A stretch of DNA of 64,000 nucleotides from NCBI GenBank assembly GCA_964247055.1, contig OZ176055.1:2790001-2854000 (forward strand). Reading direction: 5' to 3'. This document shows, piece by piece, positions 40,601 to 52,313 of this stretch (its first letter is position 1; every line of letters begins with the position of its first letter). Both the position numbers and the translations under genes were made by a program. Source of the DNA: Paragordius varius. Lineage: Eukaryota; Animalia; Nematomorpha. The notes under the pieces were generated by a model. The model was not told the DNA's origin. It did no database searches and saw nothing but the letters and a program-made list of their open reading frames with translations.

Positions 40601-43345
40601 GGAGTATCTATCATATGTATAGCATGTTAAAAGATATATGGATATTAATACATTATTTATGGTAATCTATGGGTGGAGTGAATAAAAAAAAGGAAACCCT
40701 TTAAGTGTTTCCTATGCTCACTTTTTCAAAGAAAGGGTTTCCTTATAATTCATATAAAAAACACATCTGATTAACTCTCGAGTTTCCTTAAACCATGCCT
40801 AAAACAGATATAAATGTACCTAAAGAAAAATTGAGACTTCTTCTTGCAAAGTAACTTAATATTTAATATTTTAGATATCCCATAGTTTTTAACAAATCTA
40901 TGGTACCGTATATTGTAATTCAAAAAAAGAAGCTTATAAAAATCTACAAAATGATTTGTTGACAGAAACAAAGAATTATTATGATATAGATCAGATAAAC
41001 TTCAATCAAAAAAATATGATTTAAATAATACAGGAAACGTTGTCATAAAAGATCGCACGAAATCGGAGGAAATATTCCTAAATTCTTAAGATCGCACAGA
41101 ATCGGAAGAATTTTTAAATTATTATGACAATCTAATTCACATTTTATATTAAATAATAAATAGATTAAAGTTTATTTATACATTTTTTTATGATAAAATA
41201 ATAGTTTGTATACAAATTTTCATTTAGCAAGAATAACTAAGAAACTGATTGACTTAATATTTAGGCTTGCATATACTAAGAAATGAGATTTGTTCGTTAA
41301 TCGAAATCAGGAAAAAGTATTTTGTCATAAAGTTTGTTTGATTATTAAATCGTAGATTTTGTTTCATAGATAATTGATTCTCTTATATCTTTTTTTGTTT
41401 CTTATCTAAGATCGTTGAGCAAACATTTAGTTTCTACGCTGAATTCCAAATATACTAGAAAAATCTAAAATGTAAAAATAACTTTGAAAATTGAAATTTA
41501 AACTTATCGAATCTAATATCAAAACCGTATTAGCTCTAATTGCCTTGTTTGATCCTCTACTATCGATTGTTATAAAATTTATAAATATATAAGGATGGTA
41601 TTTAGCATCCTAAAAAATATGTAGGGTTTCCTTTAATAAATTTTTTTATTCACTTGAAAACAAGTGTTTCCTTAAAAATCTAATGTTAATTTTTTTAGGG
41701 TTTCCTTAGCTTTTTATTCACTCCAAATTAAGGAATCTCTTAAAAAAACTAAGGAAAGAGTGTTTCCTTTTTTTTATTCACTCCACCCTATATATTTATA
41801 AAAATGGAAAATGCTGGCTTTGTGATCTGGTACAGGAAAACCGGTAGACCCAATCAAATCCAAATATCGAAAAAATATAATAATTAATGAATGCCCCGAC
41901 AATAGCTTCGCCCTTTTTTTGAAATAGGCCCCCAGTTCGGGCCCACCCCGTATAAAAAACGGGTTTTTTTTGAAAACAGAAGTCCACAAAAATCGTGTCT
42001 TTGAGACAATTTTCCGGAGAACGTGTTGGACCATTCAATTTTAAATATGATTATTGTTTACTTATTTTCGATTGCGCCGAACATAGCCGAGCCACTTTTT
42101 TGATTTAGGCCCTCTTTTTACCCGCTGCCCCCGTAAAAGGCCACCTTTTTCAAAAAACAAAGTCCACAAAAATAATTTTTTAAATCGATTTTCCGCCCTA
42201 GGTATGAGACCGTAAAAATTCAATAAAGATTCCACGTATTCCCTGTTAAAAGGCAAAAATTTTAGTCCACCGTTTATTTGATGATAGCTGCTGGGTAAGG
42301 AGCTACCCGCTAAAAACTGATTTTTCATATAACTTTGTGATCTGTTTCCGGAAAACCGGTGAACCCAATCAAATCCAAACATCGAAAAAATTTAATCATT
42401 AATGAATGCCCCGACAATAGCTTCGCCCTTTTTTGGAATTAGGTCCCCAGTTCGGGCCCACCCCGTGTGAAAAATGGGTTAAGTCAATTTTTTGGAGAAC
42501 GTGTTGGACCATTCAATTTCAAATATGATTTTTGTTTACTTATTTTTGATCGCGCTGAACATAGTCGACTCACTTTTTTGATTTAGGCCCTCTTTTTACC
42601 CGCTGCCCCCGTAAAATGCCATTTTTTTCAAAAAAAAACAAAGTCCACAAAAATATTTTTTTGATTGTATTTTTTTGCCCATGGTATGAGACTGTAAAAA
42701 TTCGAGAAAGATTTTTCGTATTGCCTGTTAAAAGGCAAAAATTTTAGTCAAGCGTTTCCTTTATGATAGATGCTGAGTAAGGAGTATCTATCATATGTAT
42801 AGCATGTTAAAAGATATATGGATATTAATACATTATTTATGGTAATCTATATATTTAAAAATGGAAAATGCTGGCTTTGTGATCTGGTACAGGAAAACCG
42901 GTAGACCCAATCAAACCCAAATATCGAAAAAATATAATCATTAATAAATGTCCCGACAATAGCTTCGCCCTTTTTTTGAAATAGGCCCCCAGTTCGGGCC
43001 CACCCCGTATGAAAAACGGGTTAAGTCAATTTTTTGGAGAACGTGTTGGACCATTCAATTTCAAATATGATTTTTGTTTACTTATTTTTGATCGCGCTGA
43101 ACATAGTCGACTCACTTTTTTGATTTAGGCCCTCTTTTTACCCGCTACCCCCGTAAAATGCCATTTTTTTCAAAAAAAAACAAAGTCCACAAAAATATTT
43201 TTTTGATTGTATTTTTTTGCCCATGGTATGAGACTGTAAAAATTCGAGAAAGATTTTTCTAATTGCCTGTTAAAAGGCAAAAATTTTAGTCAAGCGTTTC
43301 CTTCATGATAGATGCTGAGTAAGGAGTATCTATCATATGTATAGC
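37629..43345 (+). repeat. Tandem array of nine ~480-515-bp monomers organised as four units (2+4+2+1)
   Basis: The marker ctttgtgatctg recurs at 37629, 38139, 38682, 39197, 39675, 40153 and three more times after the MITE. The core period is 478 bp and monomers are nearly identical. Confidence 0.95.
40671..41788. mobile_element. 1118-bp non-autonomous DNA transposon with perfect 27-bp TIRs and a 3-bp TAT TSD (PIF/Harbinger- or Zator-like; superfamily uncertain)
   Basis: GGGTGGAGTGAATAAAAAAAAGGAAAC (40671-40697) and its exact reverse complement (41762-41788). The target TC-TAT-ATATTTATA is restored on removal. Subterminal gtttcct(t) and tttttattcact repeats are present. Confidence 0.88.
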
Positions 43346-45258
43346 ATTCGAACTCCCCCCCCCCCAGAAGTCCGAAGGACTTCCTCGGGCTGCGTAGCAG
43401 CACGAGATTCACGCTAGTAATTTTAATAAAAATGTATAATTTTTTCAAATTTTAGTGAACAATTTTAATTCCTAAACTTAAATTAAACACCACAATATTA
43501 TATTAACTCTTCCAATTTTAAATTGATACCCTAAAATTACAAAAAAGACCAGTCCCAATTACATTTATGCTTCTATCTAAACCATTTTTATATTTTGGTG
43601 CATCAATGTTATATGAGCGCAAACTCTTGAAATGGATTTGATTGAGTATAAAAAAAATTTCTTTTAACAATGCTGGGGTCGCTGGACCCCAATTGGTATC
43701 GAAGGACATGAAAACGTATTAGAATACATGAGTTCAATAAATATTTGTCCTAAAAAAATTGATTGACCTATTTTATAAGTGGTCACAGTCTAACCTATTA
43801 TCCAACCCTAAGTATAGCCATTTTAATTCCATATTAAAAAAGTATGACAGATATTTATAACTGCTTGTCGTTGTTTAGTATATCAGGGTTAAACATCCTT
43901 TTTGCAAAGGGACTTTGCATTTAAAGTGCCAAAGTCATTAAAAGTGATAATATCAAACTATTTGAAATTTATTTGACACTGCTATGAATAGAGCTAGAGT
44001 ATAAATATAAATCACACCGTAAAAATACTTAATAGATGTTTGGGTTTGTTGAGCGCAGCAAATTTATTAAAATTTGGCTTATATAAAAAGTGTTGAGTTT
44101 AATTGCTTGTTAAGATGAATGCAAAACGAAAGCAATCTTAACCCTGAGGTTTAAAAAAATATCCAGGCAATTATTTCCGACATAAATACCATTTTGAAAT
44201 AAACTTATAACTAACACTAAATTTTGGGGGTCCAGAGAGCTGTTTTGATTCTAAAATCATAAAAAGTATTTTAGATATTGGGCCAAATTTAATATGAAAT
44301 CTTTTTTAGGCGCATGATTTATTTTCTTTAAAGTAATAAAAATTGTAAAAATATCCTAAAAGTGTTTCGCCATTATTTTCTTTGAATTTTTTAACAACTA
44401 ACGCAACAAGAAATTGAGCATGGTCAAAAAATAATAAACTTTAGAAACTTCCCAGCAAATTTTTAATATTGATTAATCAGCTGTTTTCCTCTATAGGGGT
44501 TAGAAAACTGTAATAATTATGATTTTTTATCTAATACAGGAGTCCAATGTGGATAATTAAATTTTTACCAAACAACTTTTAAAATAATAGTATACTCATA
44601 AGTTTAAGCTCTGAGATACAAAAGAACCCCAAAATGTAATCGTCTACAAAAATGAAGAGGAAATGAAGTGTTAAATAAGAACAAGTCAAAAGTTTCAAGT
44701 TAGAGAGAAAGAATATGATTTTATTAAGCCAATGTTTAATTAATGGATATGTTATCATTTTTATTTTAATATTAAAATAATTTTTAAATCAGACAATGGG
44801 TTATTTTTAAGGAATCCGAGTAAAATTCGATCCCGCCTTATAAATACGGTATTGTTGGATTTAAAAGGGTCAAATATATACCGGTTCAACTGCTTATAAA
44901 TGCTATTCAGAGTAGGAACAAATATGGTAAGAGAAAAACCTAAAAAACGAGATTTCTTTGGAAGGAAATTCTTTATATCAGGTATATTGGTACTGGAACT
45001 GTTTTTGAGAAACCGAAAGCATCTAAAACGTTACCAACATATATAAATAAAACCACAATGGTATATATATAATTAACGATATAGTCAATTAATCATTTAG
45101 TTATCATCCAATTATTCGTATATCATAAAACAAAAAATGTAATTCACACATTTTGCATATATAGGGGAAGATATATATTTTATATGGTATATATATAAAT
45201 AAAATAAAAGCTAATGATAATCATATTATATAAAATAATTTGGATCCTCCATTCAGGT

Positions 45259-46190
45259 TTAAGGATTCATTACTGATCGTACAAATGCTAAAATATATTT
45301 AAAGGAATTAGTTAAAAAATAAGATAAAAATTACATTTTTAAATTTTATAAAATAATGGCTTACGTTCGTATTCAATGTATCCATCTGCGTTTTCTTTGC
45401 CTTGTACAATTTCATCAACATCATTCTCTTTTAATCGTTCACCTAAAATTGGAATAAATAAATCAATAGTTTATAACTAATTCATATCGAATCGTTTAAT
45501 TTTTTTAATAGGTTTCTGCTAAAATACCGGTTAAATCAAGTATATAATAGATAGCTTTTTAGAAGAAAAATCCGTTTTGTATTATGGAGCTTATAATGAA
45601 ATGAAGTAGTATATAAGTAAAAAAGAGTCTGTCACCTAAAGAAAGGAGGACGTGTCGGAGTTCAGCAGCCAAAATGGTTCCATCACCCTCCTTGTCATAA
45701 ACTTTCATGATTTCAATGAAATCCTCGTAAGTTCCATTATCTTTGACTTTGGCAGCCTCCTGATACATTGGCAAAAATTCTTCGAATGTGATACGAGTTT
45801 CACCTGTAAGACATAATTAATATTGGACATCAAAAATAGTTTAATTAAAAAACATCACAATTGGTGCATTTTAATAATAAAATCTGTGAATCAACATTAA
45901 ACTCTGTGATTCGAGTATTTTATATTAAGCTTTATTTAGGTGAAAATATTGTTAAAAATGAAATTATACGAATAAAATATAATATCTACACCAAAGTTAT
46001 ATACATATATTTAACTGATAACTCATCATTTTGGATTATAAAATCATGAATGAATAGAGTTAATAATCATCATTTTGTGTTTCAAAATAGAGTTCAATAG
46101 TTTATGTGGGAAAAATCAAGGTTAGAATCAGTATGGTTGGTTTTGTCTTTTAGTTTTTACGTTTTGTCCTTATAACTCCATTTTTTACCG

Positions 46191-46221
<31 letters not shown>

Positions 46222-46538
46222 AAATATTGGATTTCGTTTTAGGCATACCTCCAATATCAGTTCCTCCAACCTTTTTGACGACGGCTTCAGTCGGAACCAA
46301 TCCTAAGGATCTTAACAAATTTCCCACATCACTTGTGCCAATTTTATCATCTCCTTTGCGATCGAAGATTAAAAATGCCTCTCTCATTTCTAGATAATCA
46401 ATACAAAAAAATATGCTTAAACAAATTAATACAGTAAAAATATTTCTTAATGATTATAATTGAACGTTTTAAAAATCGATTTTAAAATAACATAAAGCAT
46501 TAAAAATTACCATCCATTGATAAATCATCAGCTCGTGG
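45259..46538 (-). CDS. Essential (alkali) myosin light chain, MYL6/Mlc-c-like; core exons
   Basis: Exons 46538-46511, 46389-46249, 45803-45636, 45442-45365, 45287-45259 translate to PRADDLSMD|[17 protein letters not shown]...[10 protein letters not shown]...|[14 protein letters not shown]...[31 protein letters not shown]|GERL...G.I.YE|PFVRSVMNP*. The start codon is uncertain (ATG at 46517, ATG|gt at 47036-47034, or the long exon ending at 48550). Confidence 0.93.
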
Positions 46539-47235
46539 CTATATTAAAAAATAAAATATATTTAGATAAAATTTTATAAAAAGTAGAAAATTTATTTAAA
46601 CAAAACTTAAAAAACTATAAATATTTAGCGAATTCTTTAATAATTTTCTTTTAAACAAAAATTTGAAATGGATTTTAGATTTTAATGTTTTGGTAACTTA
46701 TAGCTATTTTTAATGATTCAAAAGTTTAAAACAAAATACTAGAAAAAATTGCTGGTATAGGTTATATTTTTAATAGATATTTAACTAACCTCTGGGTCAA
46801 TTGATTGTTCAAAAACTTGTAAAAATTTAAAGATGTTAGTTGAAAACAAAAAGAAATAACGTCTATGAATGAAATGGATACATAATGGTAGGGAAGGGAC
46901 CATCAAAATGGCCCAAAAAGTTTTGTTTAAAAAGTTTTACAAAATGATTTTATAGTTTAGTTGACATTGAGTTAACTCTTTAAGTTGAAAGTAGGAAAGC
47001 AATCATTGGAAATGCTAAAGGTAAAATCGTAACCATTATTTTTTTTGGAACCCAAAAAATAACTGCTTTTAAACCGAATTCGCGCTCTTAAATGGTTTTA
47101 AACATAGAGCTTATATTTTTTGCATTTTATCATAATGTTATCTTTATTTTTTAGTATCGTTTTTGTAGGAATGTATTTTGGGTAACATAAGTTTCCATCT
47201 TATATTTTTTGGTTATTTTTTTTAATAATTTAAAT

Positions 47236-47492
47236 CAGGGATGACCAACACAAATTGGATCGCGAGCCGCATTTCGCATTTATATATAATGATTTGGTTT
47301 AAAACGCAAGACTGAAAATCATTCTAACAATATTTATCAGTTTTTGTCAATCACATAAACTGAAATGGAAAAATTATTTGAGAAATATAAATTTTTGAAG
47401 ATCTTTTTAGCAAATTTTTGCAAATTTTAGATTTCCAAATGTTTCGCGGGCCGCACATACAGTCTCGAAGGGCCACATGTTGGACACTCCTG
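47236..47492. mobile_element. hAT (Charlie-type) MITE, 257 bp
   Basis: TIRs cagggatgaccaaca / tgttggacactcctg; TSD atttaaat vs ctttagat; homologous to 31480-31733. Confidence 0.75.
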
Positions 47493-48549
47493 CTTTAGAT
47501 ATTTTTAGTGCTTAAAGCGGGAACCAAGAAATAGAATCAAATAAAAATTTTGAAACCATTTAAACCAAAGACTTATATGACTTGTAAAGAAAGGAAAACC
47601 AAAGAGGCTAATTTTTGGTCTGTCACAAAGCACAAGTTAGTATTAGTAATTGTTATGTATTAGATAATAAGACAGGATACAGATAACTGGTGGTGCTGTA
47701 TACTTACATCTATAAATGAATTTTTATGGAAAAGATAACACTTTGAGATTTTTTATACAGTATTTGTAAAAATACTATTTTTGTCTTTATTCTCGGCTAA
47801 ATACAATTTATTACATTCTATAAATTGATGAAAAAAGGGTATTTTTTACATTATACGTTCTACAGTGCAAAATCTACATGGCTCTCTAAACACCATTTAA
47901 ATATTATAGATGCGAATTTTATTGGTAAATTTAATGGTCCATCTAAAATTAACAAGTTTTATCTATAAATCAAGCGGCAATTGACTTATTTCAAATGTAA
48001 TTTGGCAACATATATTAAATATTTAAGCAATATACGCTTTAATATAATTTGGTTACATTAAATATTGAATGGAGGTCAATTAATTTATTTACAAATAGGT
48101 ATACATATTTTTTTTAAACTACTTTCATTTTAATTATGAAACCATCAGGGCTAAAGTCAAAAATTACATTCAAATCAAATGATTTATTAGATCGATCATT
48201 TTATATGCTAAATTTATAAAAGGTCTTGGCTTAATATTAAAATTAAATCAATTAAAAATACATATTTAAGTTAGTTTATTTCAAAATACAGTTCAATGGC
48301 AAAAGCAGTTTTGTAAAAAGAATATAAGGCTTGGCGAAATAAATAATGTCTAGTCACGTTAACATAATTTTGCAAATAAACTCAGGGAATTTTATGGCAT
48401 TTAAATTTTTAACTTTTAATTTATAACATAAATCTATTTTTTATAATCGATGGTAGAAAGCCAAAATCTTTCAAGGTTGTTAGTTTTTATAATCATATGG
48501 TTTTGATTAACATTTCTTTGATTGTGAGATTGAAATAAAAATAGCATAC

Positions 48550-49329
48550 CATTTTGGAATAATCGAAATCGCTGTTTGACTTAGATTTTTGATCCTCAGA
48601 GACTGTAAGTACACGCTTAACAAGTGTTACCGAATGTTGAATGGATGATTTCCTTCGATTCTCTTCTTCGAATTGTTCTTTGAATGTGGACGGTTTTCGT
48701 TTTTCTTTTAGTTCACCGTTAGTCCTGGTGTTTTCAGTATCCCTCTTTTTTTCTTTATGATGTTTTTTGCTTTTGTGTTTATGCGCACTACCCTTTTCGT
48801 CAACTGCTGTGTCTGCGTTGTTGATATTTTCAGCTGTTGTTGGTTTCTCAAATGGCTCTTCGGGGTTTGAAATAATTAAATTATCTGTTTTATTATGATT
48901 ATTGGATATAGAAGGAGAAAGAGTAGCTTGAACAGATGTTTTGTGCGAATTATTATTATGTATTGTTGTTGTTTGTTGTTTTATCGGTTTATTATTATTA
49001 ATTGAAAATCGTTTGCCTTCGATAGATTCTCGCCGGAATTGTAAAATTTCTTCTAATTCACTCTTTTTCCTATCCTTATCTTTAAAATCGTTCGTTCCAC
49101 CAACAGTGGTTGAATTAGATAGTAATGGCGATTGGATTTTCGTAGAAGAAGCTGCTTTGTTTTTGGTTAAAAAAAGATTATTTTCGTGTTGCTTTAAGGC
49201 TGGCAACTTGGTTGTTTCAATGGAAAATTTATTTTTTATCGGATTACTATTATTATTGATAAAATTGTTGCCAGTATTTTTTGTTGTTGTTTTTGCACTA
49301 ATCGATGAAATCAATTTATCCTCTACCAT
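48550..49329 (-). CDS. 260-codon low-complexity (K/N/S/T/E-rich) first coding exon; probable N-terminal extension of the myosin light chain
   Basis: ATG at 49329 directly follows an in-frame TGA. The frame stays open for 780 nt and ends ...DYSKM|gtatgc in phase 0, matching the phase-0 acceptor of the light-chain exon at 46538. Confidence 0.6.
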
Positions 49330-50880
49330 TCAACTGTTTTCTATATTTACATATTATTAGTCGAATTAGCATGTAAATTATTATATATATATATTCACAA
49401 TTATAAAATAACTTTGTTTGAAAAATGTTTGTCGGTCGTATATTGTACTCAATCGATATTCTTTGCCATAACATAAAATCAATAATTTTCTGGAATATTA
49501 TATTTAATAAAATTTTATGTTGTGTGAGTTATCTTAAGAAAAAATCTAAAAATTAAAATGGTTTTTTATAAAAATATTTTGAAATTTACCTTATATTTCA
49601 AGATGAATCGTTGGAGGATGGATCCGCCAAAATTAAAAAATCAGCTCAAAATTTAAAAAAATTTAGAAAATGAAAAAAAAATGTTTGGAAAATAACAATA
49701 ATTTATTTTAAAGGGTGAGGTTTTGTGGTATTTTCCAATCTAATATCTACTTGATATATTGGGTAAAACATGTCTGTTTTCAATTTTCCAGATCTTTTCT
49801 TCCTCTTCAAATCTTAACATTGTTTTGAGGATTTTGGATTACATCGGAATCGACGTAATTGATTCCATATGCCATTTGTTTCAAATGCAATATAATACAT
49901 AAATATAGCCATGAAAAGGTATTAATTATTTAAAACTTTTTTAGTTTTAAATGTCATGATACGAAATTTTAGAAGAGCCTATGACATTATATAAACGATT
50001 GATAAAATGGTAATATTATTTTGATGTAGTCAGAAAATAATTTATTAATTTTAAAAAATATGCCCTTAATTAAAAATTCACCACATGCATCAGACTTTTT
50101 ATCACGCTAAAACATCATGAGGAACAATATTTTAGATTTCAGGTTTGTATTTATTCTGCCCTATCATTATTTTAAAAATATATAAACGAGTGCAGTGACA
50201 CAATAGAGATTACGAAAAAAAAATTGTCTTAAGAAAAAATTATATTTTAATATATATATATATATATATATATCTGGATTTTATCAAATCTCCACACATA
50301 AGAAAGTATTTAATTTTTTCCTGATATTGGAAGATGTTTTTTTGCAAACGTAATATTGTAGAAGGCGTATAAAAGATTCAAAAATGCTCCCCTATGATCG
50401 ATGTTCAGAAAAAGAAACGTATATACGTTTTATTAAGTGTGGCTAATAGCCACGATTTTTTGCATTAATGCATTTTTAATTGCGTGGACTCAAGGGTTAA
50501 TTTAAAAATGCTTAGCTAGCCTTTACGTCCTAGCTTATAAACATTTACGAAAAATTGGATTGAAAACAATTTGACATAGTTTTTGGGCAAAAATGTTGTT
50601 ACAGGGGGAGAAGCTGTGTACAATTTAAAAGTTGGTTGACTATATTAATAAGTAATTTTTTTAAATTTTAATGAACAAACAGTTTTCGGCATATTGCTTT
50701 GGCTTAAAATTATTTTATAAGTTTTAGTTAAAATTTTTAACTTCATATAAAAAATGCTAAAAGTTTTGTATTTATTTTATCTTTATTAAATAATATCAAA
50801 AATTTAGTAAAAGATTTTAGTTGGGCATACTCATCAGGATAATACTAATTTATTGTATTACCAATAAAATTATGATATTA

Positions 50881-52313
50881 CTAGCGTAAATCTCGTGCTG
50901 CTACCCGAGGAAGTCCTTCGGACTTCTGGGGGGCTATTTAAAAAAAGGGATCAATTAAATCCATATATGTGGATTATTTCGAAACATTATATAATAGCTA
51001 TGATCTTATAGGATTTTCTAAACGGTGCATTCATACTAATATATTGCTTACTGATCCCAAATTGACGGCTAACGGAAAAAATCGCTATACCATAATTTTT
51101 ACCATTAAACTCGTATGGCTTCTTAAAATTTGGCTCCAAAGCCATTCCATTTTTGTATGGCGACTCAGTTTTAAACCGGTGGACCCCTACCCATAGAACT
51201 ATATGGAAAAAGCGCTAAGTTAGATTTTTTTAGGGAAAATAGAATCATTTGTGAGATCATCGTCTCATGGGTATTCGAAAAAATACCTTAACACTATATA
51301 AACATTATATGATGGCTTATTTTTAGGGCATAAAAGCCCCAAATTAACGGCTAATAAAAAAAGGCCTGTCTTTAATTTTTTAAATGAGCTCATATGGCAT
51401 AATTTTTTTAAAATTAGTTATAACAACGTAACTTCTATATAGTGGCGCAGTTTTTGCGGGTAGCTTCTTACCAAGAGGCAGGTATAAAAGAGCGTTGTGC
51501 AAAATTTTGTTTATATGGGGGAATATCTGGAATTATAATGTCCATATGTTCCGAAAAGTTCTTGAAAATATTGCTTGGGCGATTTCAGGGAGTAAAACTT
51601 TCTTAGCGAATTACTGAAATAACCCCCCATAATAAAATATTTATTTTTTAAGGGGTCATAAATATTTTACCTTATATAACTCACATAATAGGTTTTCAAA
51701 AATTTGGCTCCAAAGGCATGCTGTATCGATATAGTAACGCATCACGGGTAGCCTTCTACCCACCAGCCAATATAAAAAACCGATTAATATTTTTGCGTTT
51801 TTACGGACAACCTGGAATCATGATTGATTCCATATGCATTAATTAGTTTTTAGAAAAAGTGCCAAAACCAAAAAACCATTCTATGGGCGCATTTTTCTGG
51901 GCCTGAAGGGCCTAATTAACGGCTAATTTTAAAAAAACGTAAAATAGATTCAATAAAAATTATTTTGGACTTTTTTTGAATAAAAGTGGCATTTTACGGA
52001 GGGAGCGGGTAAAAAGAGGGCCCAAATTAAAAATACGAGCAGACTATGTTCGGCGCAATAAAAAATATATAAACAAATATTGTATTTGAAATTGAATGGT
52101 GCAACACTTTCTCCGGCAAATTGTCTCAAAGACACAATTTTTATGGACTTGTATTTTCAAAAAAAGCTTTTTTTACACGGGGTGGGCCCGAACTGGGACC
52201 AAGATATTATTGGGGCATTCATTAATAGTTAAATTTTTTCGACATTTTAATGGGTCAACCGGTACGGAAACAGATCACATTGTCAGCATTTTCCATTTTT
52301 ATTAATATATAGA
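50881..52313 (-). mobile_element. Non-autonomous Helitron-like element, copy 3 (1433 bp, unexpanded)
   Basis: Minus strand reads A|TCTATATATTAATAAAAATGGAAAATGCTG ... GAAGTCCGAAGGACTTC (50926-50910) ... CTAG|T. The first ~370 bp match the array monomer; the 3' terminus matches 43360-43417. Confidence 0.85.

Larger units (their letters stand above)
37598..43417 (+). mobile_element. Non-autonomous Helitron-like element, copy 2, expanded into a higher-order tandem array
   Basis: A|TCTATATATTTATAAAAATGG at 37598; 3' hairpin GAAGTCC-GAA-GGACTTC (43367-43383), then CTAG|T (43414-43417); no TSD. The 5' terminus is reiterated at 38651, 40666 and 42846. Confidence 0.85.

Noticed and set aside
37570-42382. 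Repeated 76-106 aa minus-strand ORFs in the array (MVQHVLRKIV..., MNGPTRSPEN..., MFGFDWVHRF...)
   Set aside because: They recur only because the DNA is tandemly repeated. They overlap in different frames, break in sister monomers and show no protein motif.
37598-43345. Regularly spaced repeats as a possible CRISPR array
   Set aside because: The monomers are ~480 bp and near-identical throughout, with no unique spacers and no cas genes; the context is eukaryotic.
48941-49360. 139-aa plus-strand hydrophobic ORF (and similarly 60173-60418, 55204-55425, 3196-3390, 56288-56548)
   Set aside because: These are antisense shadows of minus-strand exons; the hydrophobicity reflects the complement of K/N/E-rich codons.
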